NCBI RefSeq assembly: GCF_965229915.1
Contig: NZ_CBDDJZ010000001.1
Span: forward strand, 4,739,171 to 4,803,170
Source: Marinoscillum sp.
GTDB taxonomy: Bacteria > Bacteroidota > Bacteroidia > Cytophagales > Cyclobacteriaceae
Direction of reading: 5' to 3'
Length of the DNA: 64,000 nucleotides
Position 1 is the stretch's first letter. Every line of letters begins with the position of its first letter. The translations under genes and the position numbers were made by a program. The notes under the pieces are model-generated. The model did not search any database and was not told the DNA's origin. It saw nothing but the letters and a program-made list of their open reading frames with translations. Shown here in pieces: positions 41,301 to 51,380 of this stretch.

Positions 41301-41980
41301 TCAGCGCATTTCTAATCGGACTGTTTGGGAGCTTACACTGTGTGGGTATGTGTGGACCGCTGATGCTTTCTTTCACACCAGGTAGGGGCCAGGGAGCTAG
41401 GGGTTCATTTGTGCTTTATCATCTGGGCAGAGTGTTGGTTTATGCCACACTCGGAATTCTGTTTGGGGCTTTGAGCAGCTCCATTGCCTTTTTCTCCTTC
41501 CAACGGTACTTTTCATTGATTCTGGGGTTGTTGGTGATTGCCATTTTTGCTTTCCCCAAAATTCGCAATCGATTTGAAGGCTGGTACTATCATTCCAGTC
41601 TCTACCAATCCATCAAAACACTTTTGACCAGGCAGTTCAGCAGGAAATCCCGATGGTTCTTTTCTGGAGCATTGAATGGTTTTCTGCCTTGTGGGCTGGT
41701 GTATCTGGCGGCTGCAGGTGCTATGATGTCTCATTCAGTGCTAGATGGGATGCTTTATATGCTTTTGTTTGGATTAGGTACTATACCGCTGCTGGCCGTG
41801 CTAAAATTTGGTGTAAGCACTTCTCAGCGGCTTACACGCTCTTTCAATAACCTGACGACACCCATTGCGCTAGTTGCTGGGTTGATCATGGTTTTACGTG
41901 GATTTTTGATAACAGAGCCAGACATCAATCAGTTGATTCAAGCTCAAATCATGAATGTGGTTTCGGCTTGCGGATTCTAA
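41297..41980 (+). CDS. sulfite exporter TauE/SafE (DsbD_2) family cbb3 assembly protein
   Basis: GSLHCVGMCGPL, GFLPCGLVY, FGLGTIP. Confidence 0.9.
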   Translation: MISAFLIGLFGSLHCVGMCGPLMLSFTPGRGQGARGSFVLYHLGRVLVYATLGILFGALSSSIAFFSFQRYFSLILGLLVIAIFAFPKIRNRFEGWYYHSSLYQSIKTLLTRQFSRKSRWFFSGALNGFLPCGLVYLAAAGAMMSHSVLDGMLYMLLFGLGTIPLLAVLKFGVSTSQRLTRSFNNLTTPIALVAGLIMVLRGFLITEPDINQLIQAQIMNVVSACGF

Positions 41981-42014
41981 TTTGTAATGTAGTCGAAATG
42001 TTGTTTATTGCTTT

Positions 42015-42875
42015 ATGCAAAAACATCTCCTGCTCGTTTTCTTTTCTTTATTGGTTCTTATTTGCTATTCGCAACCTGGCACAGAGGTTTATTTAATGGA
42101 TCTAACTGAGGTTTCTGGGTTGAATGTCAATAATCCCAGAAACATTTCTCAAAATCCTGGGTATGATAACCAACCATCGTTTACCAATGACGGGTACCTG
42201 CTTTACACTTCCTTTCGTGAAGGGAATATGGACATTGTCAAGTACAGTATGGAGACAGGAGAAAAAACCTACTGGACGTCCACCAAATCAGGTGAGTACT
42301 CACCCATCCAAATGCCATCTGGAGAATCCTTCAGCACCATCACTTTGGAAGAGAATGGTCGACAATTGCTCTGGGCATATAGTCTCAGTCAGCGAGGTGA
42401 GGGAGAAATACTCATTCCGTACCTGAAAATAGGCTATCATGTTTGGCGCAATGAAAATGAATTGTTTGCCTTTGTGCTAGGACCTCACCCTACGCTGCAA
42501 TGGATAGATCTGGACCAAACTCGTGCTGAAGTGATTACCGATGATATAGGCAGATCGCTACACATTATTCCCGGGACGAGCAGTTTATCTTACATCAAGA
42601 AGCTGGAAGAATCCTGGATGGTGAGGCAGTACCTGCCTGAGCAAGACTCCACTATAGACCTCACTGTTGCTCAGCCAGAGTCAGAAGATATGTGCTGGTA
42701 CGATGAGGATACTTTTCTGATGGGCAAGGGCTCAGCGCTCTACTCATGGAATAGAGAGGAGGGCTGGCAGATGATTTCGGATTTGAGCAAATGGAACCTG
42801 TCAGGAATCACGCGGATGGCTGTGAGTCCTGATCAAAAGTGGTTGGCAATAGTTGTGGATGAGCCTGCTGACTAA
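42015..42875 (+). CDS. secreted TolB-like/WD40 beta-propeller protein
   Basis: Signal peptide; GYDNQPSF, EYSP and GITRMAVSPD repeats. Confidence 0.78.
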   Translation: MQKHLLLVFFSLLVLICYSQPGTEVYLMDLTEVSGLNVNNPRNISQNPGYDNQPSFTNDGYLLYTSFREGNMDIVKYSMETGEKTYWTSTKSGEYSPIQMPSGESFSTITLEENGRQLLWAYSLSQRGEGEILIPYLKIGYHVWRNENELFAFVLGPHPTLQWIDLDQTRAEVITDDIGRSLHIIPGTSSLSYIKKLEESWMVRQYLPEQDSTIDLTVAQPESEDMCWYDEDTFLMGKGSALYSWNREEGWQMISDLSKWNLSGITRMAVSPDQKWLAIVVDEPAD

Positions 42876-42878
42876 TAC

Positions 42879-43769
42879 TTACAGTAAGGCCGCTCCAAAC
42901 ACACCTGCACTATCACCTAGTTTCGGTTTAATGATTGGTGTGGTGAAAGTTGGGTTGAACACGTTCTGACGAACAGCTTCTATCCCTTTCGTATAGAGTA
43001 CGTCCAGATTACTGACACCACCACCCAATACCACCACGTCCGGATCCAGTGTATTGATGACGTTAGAGAGACCAATACCAAAAAAGTGAATTAGGCGATC
43101 AATCGTTTGGGTAGCCACAGGATCTGAACCAGTCTGATAGTCAGCATAAATATCCTTAAGGGAGCGTTTGTTGCCAGTTTGGTCAAAATAATAGCGTTCC
43201 AGAGATGGTCCGGCAATGATTGTCTCTGTGCAACCAGTTTTACCACAATAACATGGCCCTCCGCTTTTGTCGAGCAGGGTATGTCCCCATTCACCAGCAA
43301 TGCCATGTCTGCCATTCAGTGCCCGTCCGTTCACCACAATACCACCACCGCACCCGGTTCCCATTATTACACCAAAGACCACCTTGGCATCAGGATACTG
43401 CTCGGATACAGCACCCATATTGGCTTCTGCCAAAGCAAAACAGTTTGCATCATTGGCGATCTTAATTGGGATGCCAAGTGCTTTTTCCAGCTCTTTGTGA
43501 AATGGTTGATTGTTGATTGCCTGGGAATTGCTTCCCTTCAAAAGATCTGTTGACGGATCTACAGAACCTGGCGTTCCTATGCCTAGTTGTTTGGGCTTTT
43601 CACCGACTTCTTTGGAAAGAATATCAATCAGCTTCTCAATCTGCGAAATGATATGCATCATGCCTTTGGCAGCCTCTGTCGGGATTCTCTCCCTTACCAA
43701 AACCATATGATTTTCGTTCAGAACCACTCCTTCTATTTTAGTGCCGCCAAGATCAATTCCCCAATGCAT
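42879..43769 (-). CDS. ROK family sugar kinase (fructokinase/Mak-like)
   Basis: GIDLGGTK, NDANCFALAE, GTGCGGG, AGEWGH, CYCGKTGC.E. Confidence 0.92.
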   Translation of the reverse strand: MHWGIDLGGTKIEGVVLNENHMVLVRERIPTEAAKGMMHIISQIEKLIDILSKEVGEKPKQLGIGTPGSVDPSTDLLKGSNSQAINNQPFHKELEKALGIPIKIANDANCFALAEANMGAVSEQYPDAKVVFGVIMGTGCGGGIVVNGRALNGRHGIAGEWGHTLLDKSGGPCYCGKTGCTETIIAGPSLERYYFDQTGNKRSLKDIYADYQTGSDPVATQTIDRLIHFFGIGLSNVINTLDPDVVVLGGGVSNLDVLYTKGIEAVRQNVFNPTFTTPIIKPKLGDSAGVFGAALL

Positions 43770-44012
43770 GTTTTATGTTTTAATCAGTTTCAGATAGCCA
43801 ATTTAGCCCAATTTTGTAAATAGTGAAATGGAATTGGGTAATCCTTAAGAAGTGCTCAAATGATTTGGAAAGACTGATTTCATGGAGGTTCACATTTACT
43901 TAACATGTGATTATTCCTGTTCATCGTATGAATCCTACCAATCAACGATTAATAGTGTGTGAATAGGAGAAACTTTTTCATCTTTGACTTGAGTTTTTTC
44001 ATAGTGGAGTTC

Positions 44013-44092
44013 GCTTACCTTTCGGGATTAGGTTAGGTTCAAAACATTGAAAGGTAAGCTGAAGCGTTCCCAGGAGTGGGAACGCTTTTTTT
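44013..44092 (+). ncRNA. putative small RNA or attenuator (hairpin plus intrinsic terminator)
   Basis: GCTTACCTTTC/GAAAGGTAAGC 11-bp stem enclosing a GGTTAGGTT loop, then AAGCGTTCCC/GGGAACGCTT plus T-tract; the terminator has no upstream + strand gene. Confidence 0.55.
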
Positions 44093-44189
44093 GTGCCCAA
44101 TTCACTTCATGAAATTACCGGTTGATGTGATTCATTTTTGTAGATTATAGAAGACTTGGGTAATTTCCTTCATCACTTGAAACAGCCTA

Positions 44190-46073
44190 ATGGATTCCAC
44201 TCCCAAGCAATCAATCTTTTCCAGACCAGGTACCATCAGCTTCATCACAGCTCTGATACTAGGGTTAATCGGTGCAAACACCACTTATCTGAGCTATCAG
44301 GTTTCTGAAGAGTCGCGCCAGGTGGAACTCAATAATTACGTCAACATACTGGAGTCTAATCTTGAACAATTTTTGAGTAAAAGCACTTCCGCAGCACTAA
44401 TGCTGGCATTTACCATTGACGATCATGGTAAACCTGTGGGGTTTGATTCGGTGTCCAATCAGCTTCTGAGCAGCAATCAATTTGATGTACTAGAGCTATT
44501 ACCCGATGGAGTTATTCAGTATGTATACCCCGTAGCGGGTAATGAGTCAGTCATAGGCTACAATATTCTGGCTGATAGTACCAGGAGTAAAGAAGCGCTC
44601 AGAGCTATGGAGCTGAAGCAGATGTATTTTGCAGGCCCTATTACATTGCGCCAGGGAGGTGAAGCGATTCTTGGTAGGTTGCCTGTCTATATTCACAACC
44701 AGTTTTGGGGCTTTGCGGCAGTGATCACAAAAAAGGATAAATTCTTGCGCGCTTTGGGTGCTGATAAGCTACAGAACAAAGATCTGATGGTGCAGCTATC
44801 CAAGATCAACCCCAATACTGGTGAAGAAGAGTTCTTCATGGATCATTTGGATGATTTTCCTAATGATCAATCGATGATGAGTGTGATGCAAGAAGGAGAC
44901 TGGAATATTTATGTTGGATTTCGCAACAGGTATGCTAGTTTGTACTCCGTCATACCTCTGGGGGTTTTGTCCATGTTGTTGGCCATAATTGGAGGTTTCT
45001 TTGTATTGGAAATTCTCAAAAAACCAACTGAGTTACGTAAGCAGCTAGACGAACACAATAAAGATTTACAGATAAGTGAGCGCAAATACCGTTTGTTTTT
45101 TGAGAATGCAGCTATTGGAGTAGCGCAGATTGATTCCCAAACAGGCCAGTTCATGAGTGTGAATCAACGACTATGTGAAATTTTGGGCTATACAAAGGAC
45201 GAGTTGGAAAGAATGAAGTTCTCTGAAATCACACATCAGGATGATCTGGAGATGTCTAGAGAAACGCGTGTTCAGATTCTCAAGGGAGAAGTCCGTGAGT
45301 TCAAAATGGAAAAGCGCTATCTCTCAAAAAGAGGCACACCAGTGAATGTGAGTGTGAGCGTGACATCTCTTTGGAAGAAGGGTGAACAGCCGACTTCCGT
45401 TCTGGTCCTGGTGGAAGATGTTTCCTCCCAAAAGGACCTGGAACAGCGCGTTTTGGAAAGCTCAATCCAGGCGCAGGAGATTGAGAAGAATAAGATTGCT
45501 TCTGAAATTCATGATGGTATCGTGCAAGAGATGGTGGCTTGTAGCATTCACGCAGAAAGTCTGGAGGAAGTCCTCCAAGATCCGGAGCAGTTGCAAGACA
45601 GAATCAATGCCCTGGTCACTTTGATTAAAAAGATAACCAATGACACCAGATCTGTTTCTCATAATCTCTTAAGTGCTGATGTGAGTAATATGTCCTTGGT
45701 AGAGCTACTCACACGTCTGGAAACCCAACTCAAAAACCTTTCTTCTATTGACATCAGAATGGAAGTGCATCTTGTGCAGGAAGAGGATCTGTCTCATGAC
45801 CTCAAAACCAATATCTATCGTGTGGTGCAAGAATTAACTACTAACATTATCAAGCATTCCAATGCCACTTTTGCCTCGATTACGGTAGAGGAAATCGGCG
45901 ATGAGATTTTTGTGACGGTACGAGACAATGGTCAAGGAATGCAAGAAAAATCGACGATCGGTATTGGCACCTACACCATTCGAAACCGGATCAACAAAAT
46001 TGGGGGGACGATTCAGTATCATCACCCCAATTCTGGTGGGTTGGAGGTAAGTTTCAGTGTGCCGATCAGTTGA
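44190..46073 (+). CDS. CHASE-PAS sensor histidine kinase (HisKA_3)
   Basis: TM, CHASE-like YVYP..GNE..IGYN...AGP..L.QGG, PAS (ITHQDD), EIHDGIVQ, YRVVQELTTNIIKHS, DNGQG. Confidence 0.9.
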   Translation: MDSTPKQSIFSRPGTISFITALILGLIGANTTYLSYQVSEESRQVELNNYVNILESNLEQFLSKSTSAALMLAFTIDDHGKPVGFDSVSNQLLSSNQFDVLELLPDGVIQYVYPVAGNESVIGYNILADSTRSKEALRAMELKQMYFAGPITLRQGGEAILGRLPVYIHNQFWGFAAVITKKDKFLRALGADKLQNKDLMVQLSKINPNTGEEEFFMDHLDDFPNDQSMMSVMQEGDWNIYVGFRNRYASLYSVIPLGVLSMLLAIIGGFFVLEILKKPTELRKQLDEHNKDLQISERKYRLFFENAAIGVAQIDSQTGQFMSVNQRLCEILGYTKDELERMKFSEITHQDDLEMSRETRVQILKGEVREFKMEKRYLSKRGTPVNVSVSVTSLWKKGEQPTSVLVLVEDVSSQKDLEQRVLESSIQAQEIEKNKIASEIHDGIVQEMVACSIHAESLEEVLQDPEQLQDRINALVTLIKKITNDTRSVSHNLLSADVSNMSLVELLTRLETQLKNLSSIDIRMEVHLVQEEDLSHDLKTNIYRVVQELTTNIIKHSNATFASITVEEIGDEIFVTVRDNGQGMQEKSTIGIGTYTIRNRINKIGGTIQYHHPNSGGLEVSFSVPIS

Positions 46074-48758
46074 TTACTCGTCTTTTAATATTTCGGCGGG
46101 GTTGACCAGAGATGCTTTGATCGTCTGGAATCCCACACTTGCCACGGTGATTAGCAGTACGAGCACCGTAGGAATAATGACCATCAGCACGGAGATGCTG
46201 GTTCTATAGACGAATTCATCCAGCCATCCTGATATTAGATAAAATGCGATAGGAATAGCAATGATACTGGCTATACCAATCAGGAGAACAAATCGATTAC
46301 CAATGGTGGTAGCAATGTTCAGCGCGGAAGCTCCTAGAACCTTTCGGATACCAATTTCCTTGCTCTTTGTCTCTATGATGAATCCAACCATACCAATAAG
46401 TCCCAAACAACCAATTAGAATGGCGATTCCGGTAAAGACTTTGATCATGGTACTTAAGCGCATTTCAGCTTGATATTGATCCATGAATCGATCATCCAGA
46501 AATTCATAGTCTATCGGGTTTTCAGGATCGAAGGTGTTCCAGGTCTCTTCCATAAAGGCCAAAGTTTCTGATACCTCTTCACTGCGTATCTGCAAACTCA
46601 TCACGCGCATTCGATCGCCTTTTAACATGAGCATTGGGGTCAACGTAGAGTGCAACGATTCGAAATGAAAGTCTCTGGTTACACCCAGTATTCTTCCTGC
46701 TTTGAGTGTTTGATCATTGTACGCACCATAGGATAGCTTCTTCCCAATGATTTCCTGAGGGTCGTTGAAACCAAGTGCACGAGCTCCAGTTTCATTGATT
46801 AGGTAATAACCCACCGAGTCTTCCAGCATATCCTGATCAGAAGTGAAATTGGAGCCTGCTATCAGGTCAATTTCAAAAGTCTCCAGAAAATCTTCATCCA
46901 CCCAGATGAAAGGTAGCCTGAAATTTAGTGTGGTGGTGCTATCTCCATAATTAAACCCGGCTCCCCAGCTATCCGCCAACCTTCCAGTTGGGATGCGAGA
47001 GGCGAATGTGAGCTTTTCGATATTAGGGTGGTTGAGCATTTCGTTTTTCAAGGCATCGAGCCTGTTGATGTTGCGGGTGAGGCTTACATTAACTATTTGA
47101 TCCTTTTTGTATCCAGGGTCTGTGTTTTGAATGAAGTGCAGCTGCCCTTCTATTACGGTAAGAGAAAATATCAAAGCAATGGTCACTGCGTACTGGAAGG
47201 TAACCAGCCAGTTACGAAAGTTCCATTTGTTGCTGTTGATTGCCGCTTCACCTTTCAGTGCTCTGGTGAGCTCTATACGCGACAGGAATATTGATGGGTA
47301 GGAGCCTGAAAATATCGCCACCAAAACCAATAGAATTACGAGTGAGCCCACTATGTCTAGTTCGCTCAGAAGGTTTAGTTCAATGGATTTCTCCATAAAA
47401 TCATTCAAATAGGGCAGGGCTAGTTCAGTAAAAAGTATCGCAAATGGTAGCGCTATGAGGTTGACTAAAAAGGCCTCAGTTAGGAATTGCTTCACCAGTG
47501 TGGATTTCATGGCTCCCAGTACTTTTCTTACCCCTACTTCTTTCATTCGTCTGGAGAAGTGTGAGGTAGCCAGGTTCATGTAATTGATGCATGCTACCAC
47601 CAGCAGCAGGATCCCAACGATCCCGAAAATATAGACCTGATCGATGCTACCGTTTGTCTCTATTTCCCCTTCCAGGTGAGACTCCAGGTGAATGCTCTGG
47701 AGCGGTTGGAGTTCAAAATCATAAAAGTCTTTTGCATCTGCTCCGCCGGAGGTTTTTCCGACGTATTTATCAAAGAATTCGTCCTTTCGAGATTCGATAC
47801 TTTCAGGATCAGTTCCTTCTTGAAGCAGCAGATAAGTGAGCCAGTTATAGTTGCCGGTCACATTATTCATAGCACTCTCACCAAACACCTGTTCAATGAA
47901 TCTGATGGGAGCCAGGTATTCGAAGTGAAAATGCTGATGCTCTGGCATGTCTTTCATCACTCCAGACACGGTGAAAGGCGCTTTCATTCCATCCCTTTCT
48001 ATGGACACCCTTCTACCAATAATGTCACTTTGTCCCCAGTCATTTCCAAATAATTTTATGGCGGCCGATTCAGAGATCACTAGTGATTGATCTGTACTAA
48101 AGGCAGTCCCTGGATCTCCCTGAATAAACGGAAACGTGAAAATGTCAAATACGTCTGGGTCGGTAAATACCACCTGTTCACTCGGGAATTTCTTGCCCTC
48201 TACCACCACATCAGGGAAGGCCCATGGCATAAAGCGAACGGCCTTTTTTACTTCCGAATAGTCGGCTTTCAAGCGTTCTGCATGTCCTGCTGATGCAAAG
48301 GCCCAATGTCGACTGAGAAGACCATCAGAATTGAGGTTTTTGATGGTGAGTCGATAAATCTGGTCGGCCTTTTCATGATGAGTGTCGTATTTCAGTTCGT
48401 CTTTAATGAACAAAGCAATTAATACAAACGCGGCAATACCAGTAGATAGGCCCAATACATTGATGAAGGTACCCAGTTTGTACCTCCAAAGATTTCTAAG
48501 CCCGATTTTAAAGTAGTTTTTGAACATGTTTATTTCCTTTTGAGTTGAGTCGATTGGTCGGAATCTCCGAATGATTCCCGTTCTAAAAAGTTTAAGGATC
48601 TGCCACCAGTACCAGAGCTTATGTGAAGCTTTTGGTGCATCGTCCAGCCGGTCATAGAATTCCTCTTCCAGATCTCCCTGGATGTCTTCCAGGTATTGTG
48701 GTTTACAAAATCCTTTCAGTACCCGGTTGGCAAGTTTTGGTGGGTGATTTATTGCCAT
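46074..48758 (-). CDS. FtsX/MacB-like ABC transporter permease with N-terminal prefix domain
   Basis: EDIQGDLEEEF prefix, MFKNYFKIGLRNL, RR.KEVGVRKVLGA and EIGIRKVLGAS; start placed at MAINHPP. Confidence 0.92.
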   Translation of the reverse strand: MAINHPPKLANRVLKGFCKPQYLEDIQGDLEEEFYDRLDDAPKASHKLWYWWQILKLFRTGIIRRFRPIDSTQKEINMFKNYFKIGLRNLWRYKLGTFINVLGLSTGIAAFVLIALFIKDELKYDTHHEKADQIYRLTIKNLNSDGLLSRHWAFASAGHAERLKADYSEVKKAVRFMPWAFPDVVVEGKKFPSEQVVFTDPDVFDIFTFPFIQGDPGTAFSTDQSLVISESAAIKLFGNDWGQSDIIGRRVSIERDGMKAPFTVSGVMKDMPEHQHFHFEYLAPIRFIEQVFGESAMNNVTGNYNWLTYLLLQEGTDPESIESRKDEFFDKYVGKTSGGADAKDFYDFELQPLQSIHLESHLEGEIETNGSIDQVYIFGIVGILLLVVACINYMNLATSHFSRRMKEVGVRKVLGAMKSTLVKQFLTEAFLVNLIALPFAILFTELALPYLNDFMEKSIELNLLSELDIVGSLVILLVLVAIFSGSYPSIFLSRIELTRALKGEAAINSNKWNFRNWLVTFQYAVTIALIFSLTVIEGQLHFIQNTDPGYKKDQIVNVSLTRNINRLDALKNEMLNHPNIEKLTFASRIPTGRLADSWGAGFNYGDSTTTLNFRLPFIWVDEDFLETFEIDLIAGSNFTSDQDMLEDSVGYYLINETGARALGFNDPQEIIGKKLSYGAYNDQTLKAGRILGVTRDFHFESLHSTLTPMLMLKGDRMRVMSLQIRSEEVSETLAFMEETWNTFDPENPIDYEFLDDRFMDQYQAEMRLSTMIKVFTGIAILIGCLGLIGMVGFIIETKSKEIGIRKVLGASALNIATTIGNRFVLLIGIASIIAIPIAFYLISGWLDEFVYRTSISVLMVIIPTVLVLLITVASVGFQTIKASLVNPAEILKDE

Positions 48759-49087
48759 GCAAACTTGAGTACTACATCTGGAATCGCATCCCAAAGCTGA
48801 TTTCGGGTCTCTTTGGTATAGGCAAGTGCCTGCTTGCCAAGATCAGTAATCTCAAAGTAACGCTTGCGCTTACCACCTCGACGTGCCGTGGTTTCGCCAA
48901 ATTCTGATCTCAGATAGTCTTTCTCTTCCATCCTTCTAAGTGCACTTTGCAAAGCACCCACACTCACACTTCGCTTGAGCCGTTCTTCAATTTCTTTCTT
49001 CACGGATACACCGTAAGCATCTCCATGTAGTATAGCCACAGTGAGGAGTACAATTTCTTCAAATTCGCCAAGTTGGAAGTCTTTCAT
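48749..49087 (-). CDS. PadR-family transcriptional regulator
   Basis: LGEFEEIVLL, AYGVSV, GALQSALRRMEEK, RGGKRKRYF; overlaps the permease start. Confidence 0.93.
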   Translation of the reverse strand: MKDFQLGEFEEIVLLTVAILHGDAYGVSVKKEIEERLKRSVSVGALQSALRRMEEKDYLRSEFGETTARRGGKRKRYFEITDLGKQALAYTKETRNQLWDAIPDVVLKFAWQ

Positions 49088-49311
49088 TCTTTAATATTCC
49101 TAATTGTATATAAAATATTAATTTCCTAAACGTAGTTTATATCAAAGGGTTACTAATAGGAGAATAATCTGTCAATTGGAAGGGAGTAGTTGGATTTAAG
49201 TTAGATTTATAGCATATCAAATTGAAGTATTTTGATATAACACTGGAGCGCTTTGTCCGTTTTAAGGATAACGCTTTAATCAAAGCAATTTTTATTTTAA
49301 ACAACTACAAT

Positions 49312-49902
49312 ATGAAAAAAGTACTTTTTACCCTATCCTTAACGCTGTTTGCACTAGTTACTTATTCCCAGGCCCGGCTCGAGCTTGGCTTAAAGGGAGG
49401 AATGAATTTCTCATCTATCAAAGCAGATGACGTGGAAGATGTGAATTTAGAATCTAAGACTGGCTACCATGCAGGTATTTATGGAATGATTAAGATAGCC
49501 AATATCGGTATTCAGCCAGAAGTCTTATATTCCAGAAAAGGAGCAACTGTGAAGGATTTCTCTGGATCGGCTCAGGAAGAATGGGATAATGAGTTCGTTT
49601 ATTTGGATATCCCTGTAATTGCCAAGTTTTATCTGCCTCTTGGATTGAATCTACAGGCAGGACCACAGTTTGGGATGCTGCTGTCTGCAGAAAGTGATGG
49701 AGATGATGTGAAGGATGCCTATAAAAACTCGGATATTAGTGCAGCTCTGGGAGCTGGATGGGATGCGCCATTTGGACTTAGGCTGACTGCCAGATATCTT
49801 ATTGGGTTAAATGACATAGATGATTCTGGTTTTGACCAGGAGCAGAAGAATAGGATGTTTCAGGTATCATTAGGATATAGCCTCATTAAATTAGGAAAAT
49901 AA
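49312..49902 (+). CDS. outer-membrane beta-barrel (porin family) protein
   Basis: Signal peptide MKKVLF, GLKGGMNFS, IQPEVLYS.KG, YLDIPV, terminal FQVSLGY. Confidence 0.88.
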   Translation: MKKVLFTLSLTLFALVTYSQARLELGLKGGMNFSSIKADDVEDVNLESKTGYHAGIYGMIKIANIGIQPEVLYSRKGATVKDFSGSAQEEWDNEFVYLDIPVIAKFYLPLGLNLQAGPQFGMLLSAESDGDDVKDAYKNSDISAALGAGWDAPFGLRLTARYLIGLNDIDDSGFDQEQKNRMFQVSLGYSLIKLGK

Positions 49903-49920
49903 ACCTCTCAAGCATAAAGG

Positions 49921-49958
49921 AAAAGCCATCCTGACAGAAACGTCAGGATGGCTTTTTT
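49921..49958. terminator. bidirectional intrinsic terminator
   Basis: AAAAGCCATCCTGAC-AGAAAC-GTCAGGATGGCTTTTTT. Confidence 0.9.
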
Positions 49959-50068
49959 ATAACCCAGTAGTTAGAAATAGCATAACCGCCACTGCTATTC
50001 CGAAAAATAAAATGATCAGGCGATATTGATTTTTCATGTTTATGTAACCATCAGAGTCTATCATACCC

Positions 50069-50395
50069 TTACTGAGGTCGGGTAAAAGCATAGTCACGCT
50101 CTACTTTAGCAATGCGGGTGATGTAATGAGCATACCAGTCTTTGATGCCATACTTCTGGGCAGCTAGATGTTCGGAGTTGGCCTTCCAGTTTTTGATTGA
50201 TTCCAGGTCTTTCCAGTAGCTCACAGTAATCCCTATTTCCTGTCTGGCTGACTCAAAGCCCAGAAAACCTGGTTGTTGGCTTGCTAGTTTGACCATTTTG
50301 TCAGCCATTTTTTCATAGCCTGTTTGGTCTGCATTAGTTCTGATGTTAGAAAAGATCACAGCGTAATAAGGTGGTTTAGGAGTATTAGCTAGCAT
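50069..50395 (-). CDS. antibiotic biosynthesis monooxygenase (ABM) family protein
   Basis: PPYYAVIF, QQPGFLG.ESAR and ITVSYW motifs. Confidence 0.9.
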   Translation of the reverse strand: MLANTPKPPYYAVIFSNIRTNADQTGYEKMADKMVKLASQQPGFLGFESARQEIGITVSYWKDLESIKNWKANSEHLAAQKYGIKDWYAHYITRIAKVERDYAFTRPQ

Positions 50396-50398
50396 AAA

Positions 50399-50821
50399 TT
50401 ATTGATTGATCAGTAGGTAGAATCCAAGAATTCCAATCAGAAAACAAAGTGGTGTAAAGAACTTAGAGTCCTTTTCAGCGAAAAGGGTTCCTTTTATTCG
50501 TTTAAAGGCACCAACGTACTTGAAGTCACCAATTGCGCGCAGCAGAAAAATGGAAGGAATGCTCCATTGCGAACCAATCATCAGCCAGTAGGGCAATGTG
50601 AGATTGACAATCTCAATCTGTATGGAATAAAATACAGCAAAGTATAGTAGGGCAGTAGCCACTATCATCGTGTCGACCTTCTTAGGGTTTAAGACTCTTT
50701 TGCCTTCCTTATTGCATGGCAGTGCAGCTTCAAAGCCCCACTCTCCTCCGAAGAGCCAGTACCAGTGAATGCCTGAGAGAACGAGAAAAATGCCACTTAA
50801 AAGGATCGTTGGAAACAACAT
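50399..50821 (-). CDS. DUF3995 membrane protein
   Basis: IHWYW.FGG.WG, FLLRAIGDFKYVG.FK, DS..FTPLC; start placed at ATG 50821. Confidence 0.85.
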   Translation of the reverse strand: MLFPTILLSGIFLVLSGIHWYWLFGGEWGFEAALPCNKEGKRVLNPKKVDTMIVATALLYFAVFYSIQIEIVNLTLPYWLMIGSQWSIPSIFLLRAIGDFKYVGAFKRIKGTLFAEKDSKFFTPLCFLIGILGFYLLINQ

Positions 50822-50844
50822 AACCAGGTATTTATGAGTGAAGT

Positions 50845-50880
50845 AAAATAAAAAACCCTTTCTGAGCAATTCAGAAAGGG
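50845..50880 (-). terminator. intrinsic terminator after the bacilliredoxin gene
   Basis: CCCTTTCTGA-GCAAT-TCAGAAAGGG with an A-run at 50845-50855, which is the U-tract on the minus strand. Confidence 0.8.
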
Positions 50881-50906
50881 CTTTACTTAATGAGATGAAA
50901 TAAGAA

Positions 50907-51323
50907 TTAACAAAATTCTTTAAAAACTTCTACCAGGTGATTGGCGATCATTTCTGCTGATCTTCCTTCAATGTGGTGTCTTTCTACCATGTGAACTAAT
51001 TCACCATCTTTGAACAGTGCCACTGCTGGTGAAGATGGAGGAAACGGAAGAGTGTACTCTCTTGCCTTAGCAGTTGCTTCCATATCTACTCCAGCAAATA
51101 CAGTTGCCAAATGATCTGGTTTTTTTGCACTTAGATTGAGTGCCGTTGTTACTCCTGGTCTTGCAGTACCAGCTGCACAACCACATACAGAATTGATCAC
51201 AAGTAGGGTAGTTCCTTTGTGATCAGTAAGGTGGTCGATTACCTGATCCGCAGTTTTGAATTCTTCGAAGCCTGACTGAGTGAGCTCAGTTCGCATAGGG
51301 GCTACTAGTTCTTCTGGATACAT
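50907..51323 (-). CDS. BrxA/BrxB family bacilliredoxin
   Basis: VINSVCGCAAG.ARPG, VFAGVD and PPSSP..ALFKDG motifs. Confidence 0.93.
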   Translation of the reverse strand: MYPEELVAPMRTELTQSGFEEFKTADQVIDHLTDHKGTTLLVINSVCGCAAGTARPGVTTALNLSAKKPDHLATVFAGVDMEATAKAREYTLPFPPSSPAVALFKDGELVHMVERHHIEGRSAEMIANHLVEVFKEFC

Positions 51324-51380
51324 ATTATTTTAAATTACAAATGACAAAATTTCAAACTTCAAGTGGTCAGTGATAGTCAA

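Noticed and set aside
46074-49087. PadR plus long-prefix ABC permease as a novel system
   Set aside because: This pairing is very common in Bacteroidota.
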